Shown here: positions 62,104 through 64,000 of the stretch, piece after piece
How the letters are laid out: every line of letters starts with the position of its first letter
Numbering within the stretch: position 1 is the first letter of the stretch
Assembly: GCF_041956535.1 (NCBI RefSeq)
Contig: NW_027192192.1
Location: forward strand, 747,796 to 811,795
Reading direction: 5' to 3'
Source of the DNA: Calcarisporiella thermophila CBS 279.70
Lineage: Eukaryota > Fungi > Calcarisporiellomycota
Length of the DNA stretch: 64,000 nucleotides
Notes under the pieces: model-generated
Told to the model about the DNA's origin: nothing
The model's database searches: none
What the model saw: only the letters and a program-made list of their open reading frames with translations
Made by a program: the position numbers and the translations under genes

Positions 62104-63569
62104 CTATCTATTGCCGTCTATTTTATTTTATTTTATTTTATTTTTTTATTTATCCTCGTTTCCCACCGATTCTCATCTTTCTCTTTCTTGTTGTATTTAT
62201 ATTTTCTCCCGGATCTCCCCCTTGTACATTGGACTTGCTCTCTTTTCTTTTTCCTTTCTATTTATCTGTGAAGAATACTCCGGCATGCCCCGCCTCCCCC
62301 CCTTCTCTTCCCCTCTTCAAAATAGATACACTTCCAATATCTATCTATCCATCCAACTATCTATTTTTTCTTTTTTGACTTCCCCCTCCCCCCCCCCCTC
62401 TTGTAGCCTTATTCTTTTTTGGTTTCCTATTGGCTTGCTGAGAGATGTAAATAAGAATCTACTTTCTAACTCTAACGTGAAGGATCGGCGAAAAAATGAT
62501 GAAAGAGGGGTGGAACCCTCGTTTCTCGGTTTGGATTGACACTTGTGCCGAACCTCTCCTCTGATTTGCAAAGTGGGTTGCTTCCGAAAGTTCTCTATAG
62601 AGCAAACACTCCAATCGCTCCTCCACTCATTCCTCCAAGACCAATGCTCACTTCGGCTGTGTAATGTCGCTTGAAATTGGAGCGGAGCCGGGATCGGAGT
62701 GGGGAGGGAGGGTGCGGAGAGGAGCCACACTCGACCTTCGGGTCATGTTCCCACGGGAACCGCGTGCGGATCAATCCACAATTCCGCTTAAACTTAGGCT
62801 TTGACGCTGCCTCATCCATTCCGCGTGCACACCAGGACATTGGCGGGGTCGTATGACCCCCCCCCCCCCGTTGTTCATGCTTCTTGATTAGGAGCATACG
62901 AGGAAGCCTGGCTCGGGCTCATTAGCATTGGACTCTTATGCGCGGCGTGAGGCGCGACAGGGAGCGAGGGAGGTGAAGCCTGGTACAGGCCGCAGCGCAT
63001 GACCCAATTTTTGGCAATATAGCCCGATCCCGCCCCCTAGAGCCAATCTGGAAGTCTGAAACGACCGTGAGTAGGAGTGGCCATGGGGGGCTTGTGGCGT
63101 GAATAATGGGAGAGGCCATGCTTTACCTTTTCAAATCTCGGTACGTTTTCTGGGCAGGTTTGATAAGATGGATGGACGCACACCCGCTTTTGTAGATTTC
63201 CTTTTTCTCTTTATAAACCAACTTACCTAACACCTATTTATGCCGGCCGCTCGTTGCATTATAGTGTTGCATTTCGCGTTTTAAAGGAAGGTGCTACCTC
63301 TGTCCTGCTCTGCCCCTCTTTTTTCCCACCTGTCAATCGAGATTGGGTGGAACGAGGGTGCGGGTGATGGTGTGGGAAGAACGGGGAGCCAAGGGAGGGG
63401 AGGAAGTTGAGCCGAGAACGGAAAAGATAAATGAAAAAGATCGGCTCTCGTTCTGCCAAAGAACAGCGATTTTCGGGGGGCGCGGGTGAAGCTCGGGCGT
63501 ACAAGCTACACTCGGCCCCATCTCAACATCATCCTCGATGGCCTGCTCCAAGTGAAAAATTCATCGGGC

Positions 63570-63624
63570 GGCAGAGAGAAGGAGTTCGATAGGCGTGAAG
63601 CCTATCGAACCCCATCTCTCTGCC
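63570..63624. other. Near-perfect inverted repeat/hairpin (23 of 25 stem positions paired, 5-nt loop)
   Basis: GGCAGAGAGA-A-GG-A-GTTCGATAGGC-GTGAA-GCCTATCGAAC-C-CC-A-TCTCTCTGCC. Confidence 0.85.
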
Positions 63625-64000
63625 TATGGAAAACTCGCTTTAGCTCCTTGCTCCCCTTCATGTGAATAGAGACTAGGATATGCCCATTCACACGGCACAA
63701 CTCCCCCTCCCCCTCCCCCTCCCCCATCCCTTGGTTTTGTGCTCATCATTCAGAGACCTTGGAAACCCCAGCTGTGGAGGATTCGGCAACCACGGCCAGG
63801 AACGACTCCCGCCTTGTATATTGCAGGGAATAATCATGCAATGGGTGTGAAAAGGTTGACAAGCAGGAATAGGAGGGAAAAGGGAGGGAGGGGAGAGGGG
63901 TATGCATGTGCCTGCTCCCATGAAATCAACCGCTTGTGGTGATTGGACCGACTGGGAAGGAGGGGAGAATAGAGCTTAGGATTCCTTTCTAAATCTCCAT

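Overview
Gene-dense (about 30 protein genes in 64 kb) nuclear DNA of a fungus with short GT-AG introns. Gene content (C9orf72 homologue, Rab4, paired soluble chitin deacetylases, ERT1/AcuK, Mis18) points to an early-diverging, Mucoromycota/Zoopagomycota-like lineage; this is inference. Housekeeping genes (BUD31, RVB1, SEC14, TMA7, NAR1, RPP2, RPL24, AVT3/4-like, GRX) are mixed with secreted, lineage-specific-looking genes and derived paralogues: a TBC domain lacking both catalytic fingers, an SH3-only Bem1-like gene and a short Pex14-like gene. The best candidate for an undescribed system is at 29.4-30.0 kb. There a 334-bp SINE-like retroposon has a well-folding but anticodon-less tRNA-like head ending in an encoded CCA, 3' stem-loops, an A7 tail and an exact 17-bp target-site duplication. 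It sits head-to-head 99 bp upstream of tRNA-Phe(GAA), the geometry of tRNA-gene-targeted non-LTR elements. Other highlights are an ALDH3 whose SKL signal overlaps a splice donor that could swap it for a hydrophobic tail, a three-exon 70-aa microprotein missed by the ORF track, GGATG repeats shared by the first introns of both ribosomal-protein genes, and a near-perfect 55-nt hairpin. All gene models were spliced by eye and no database searches were run.
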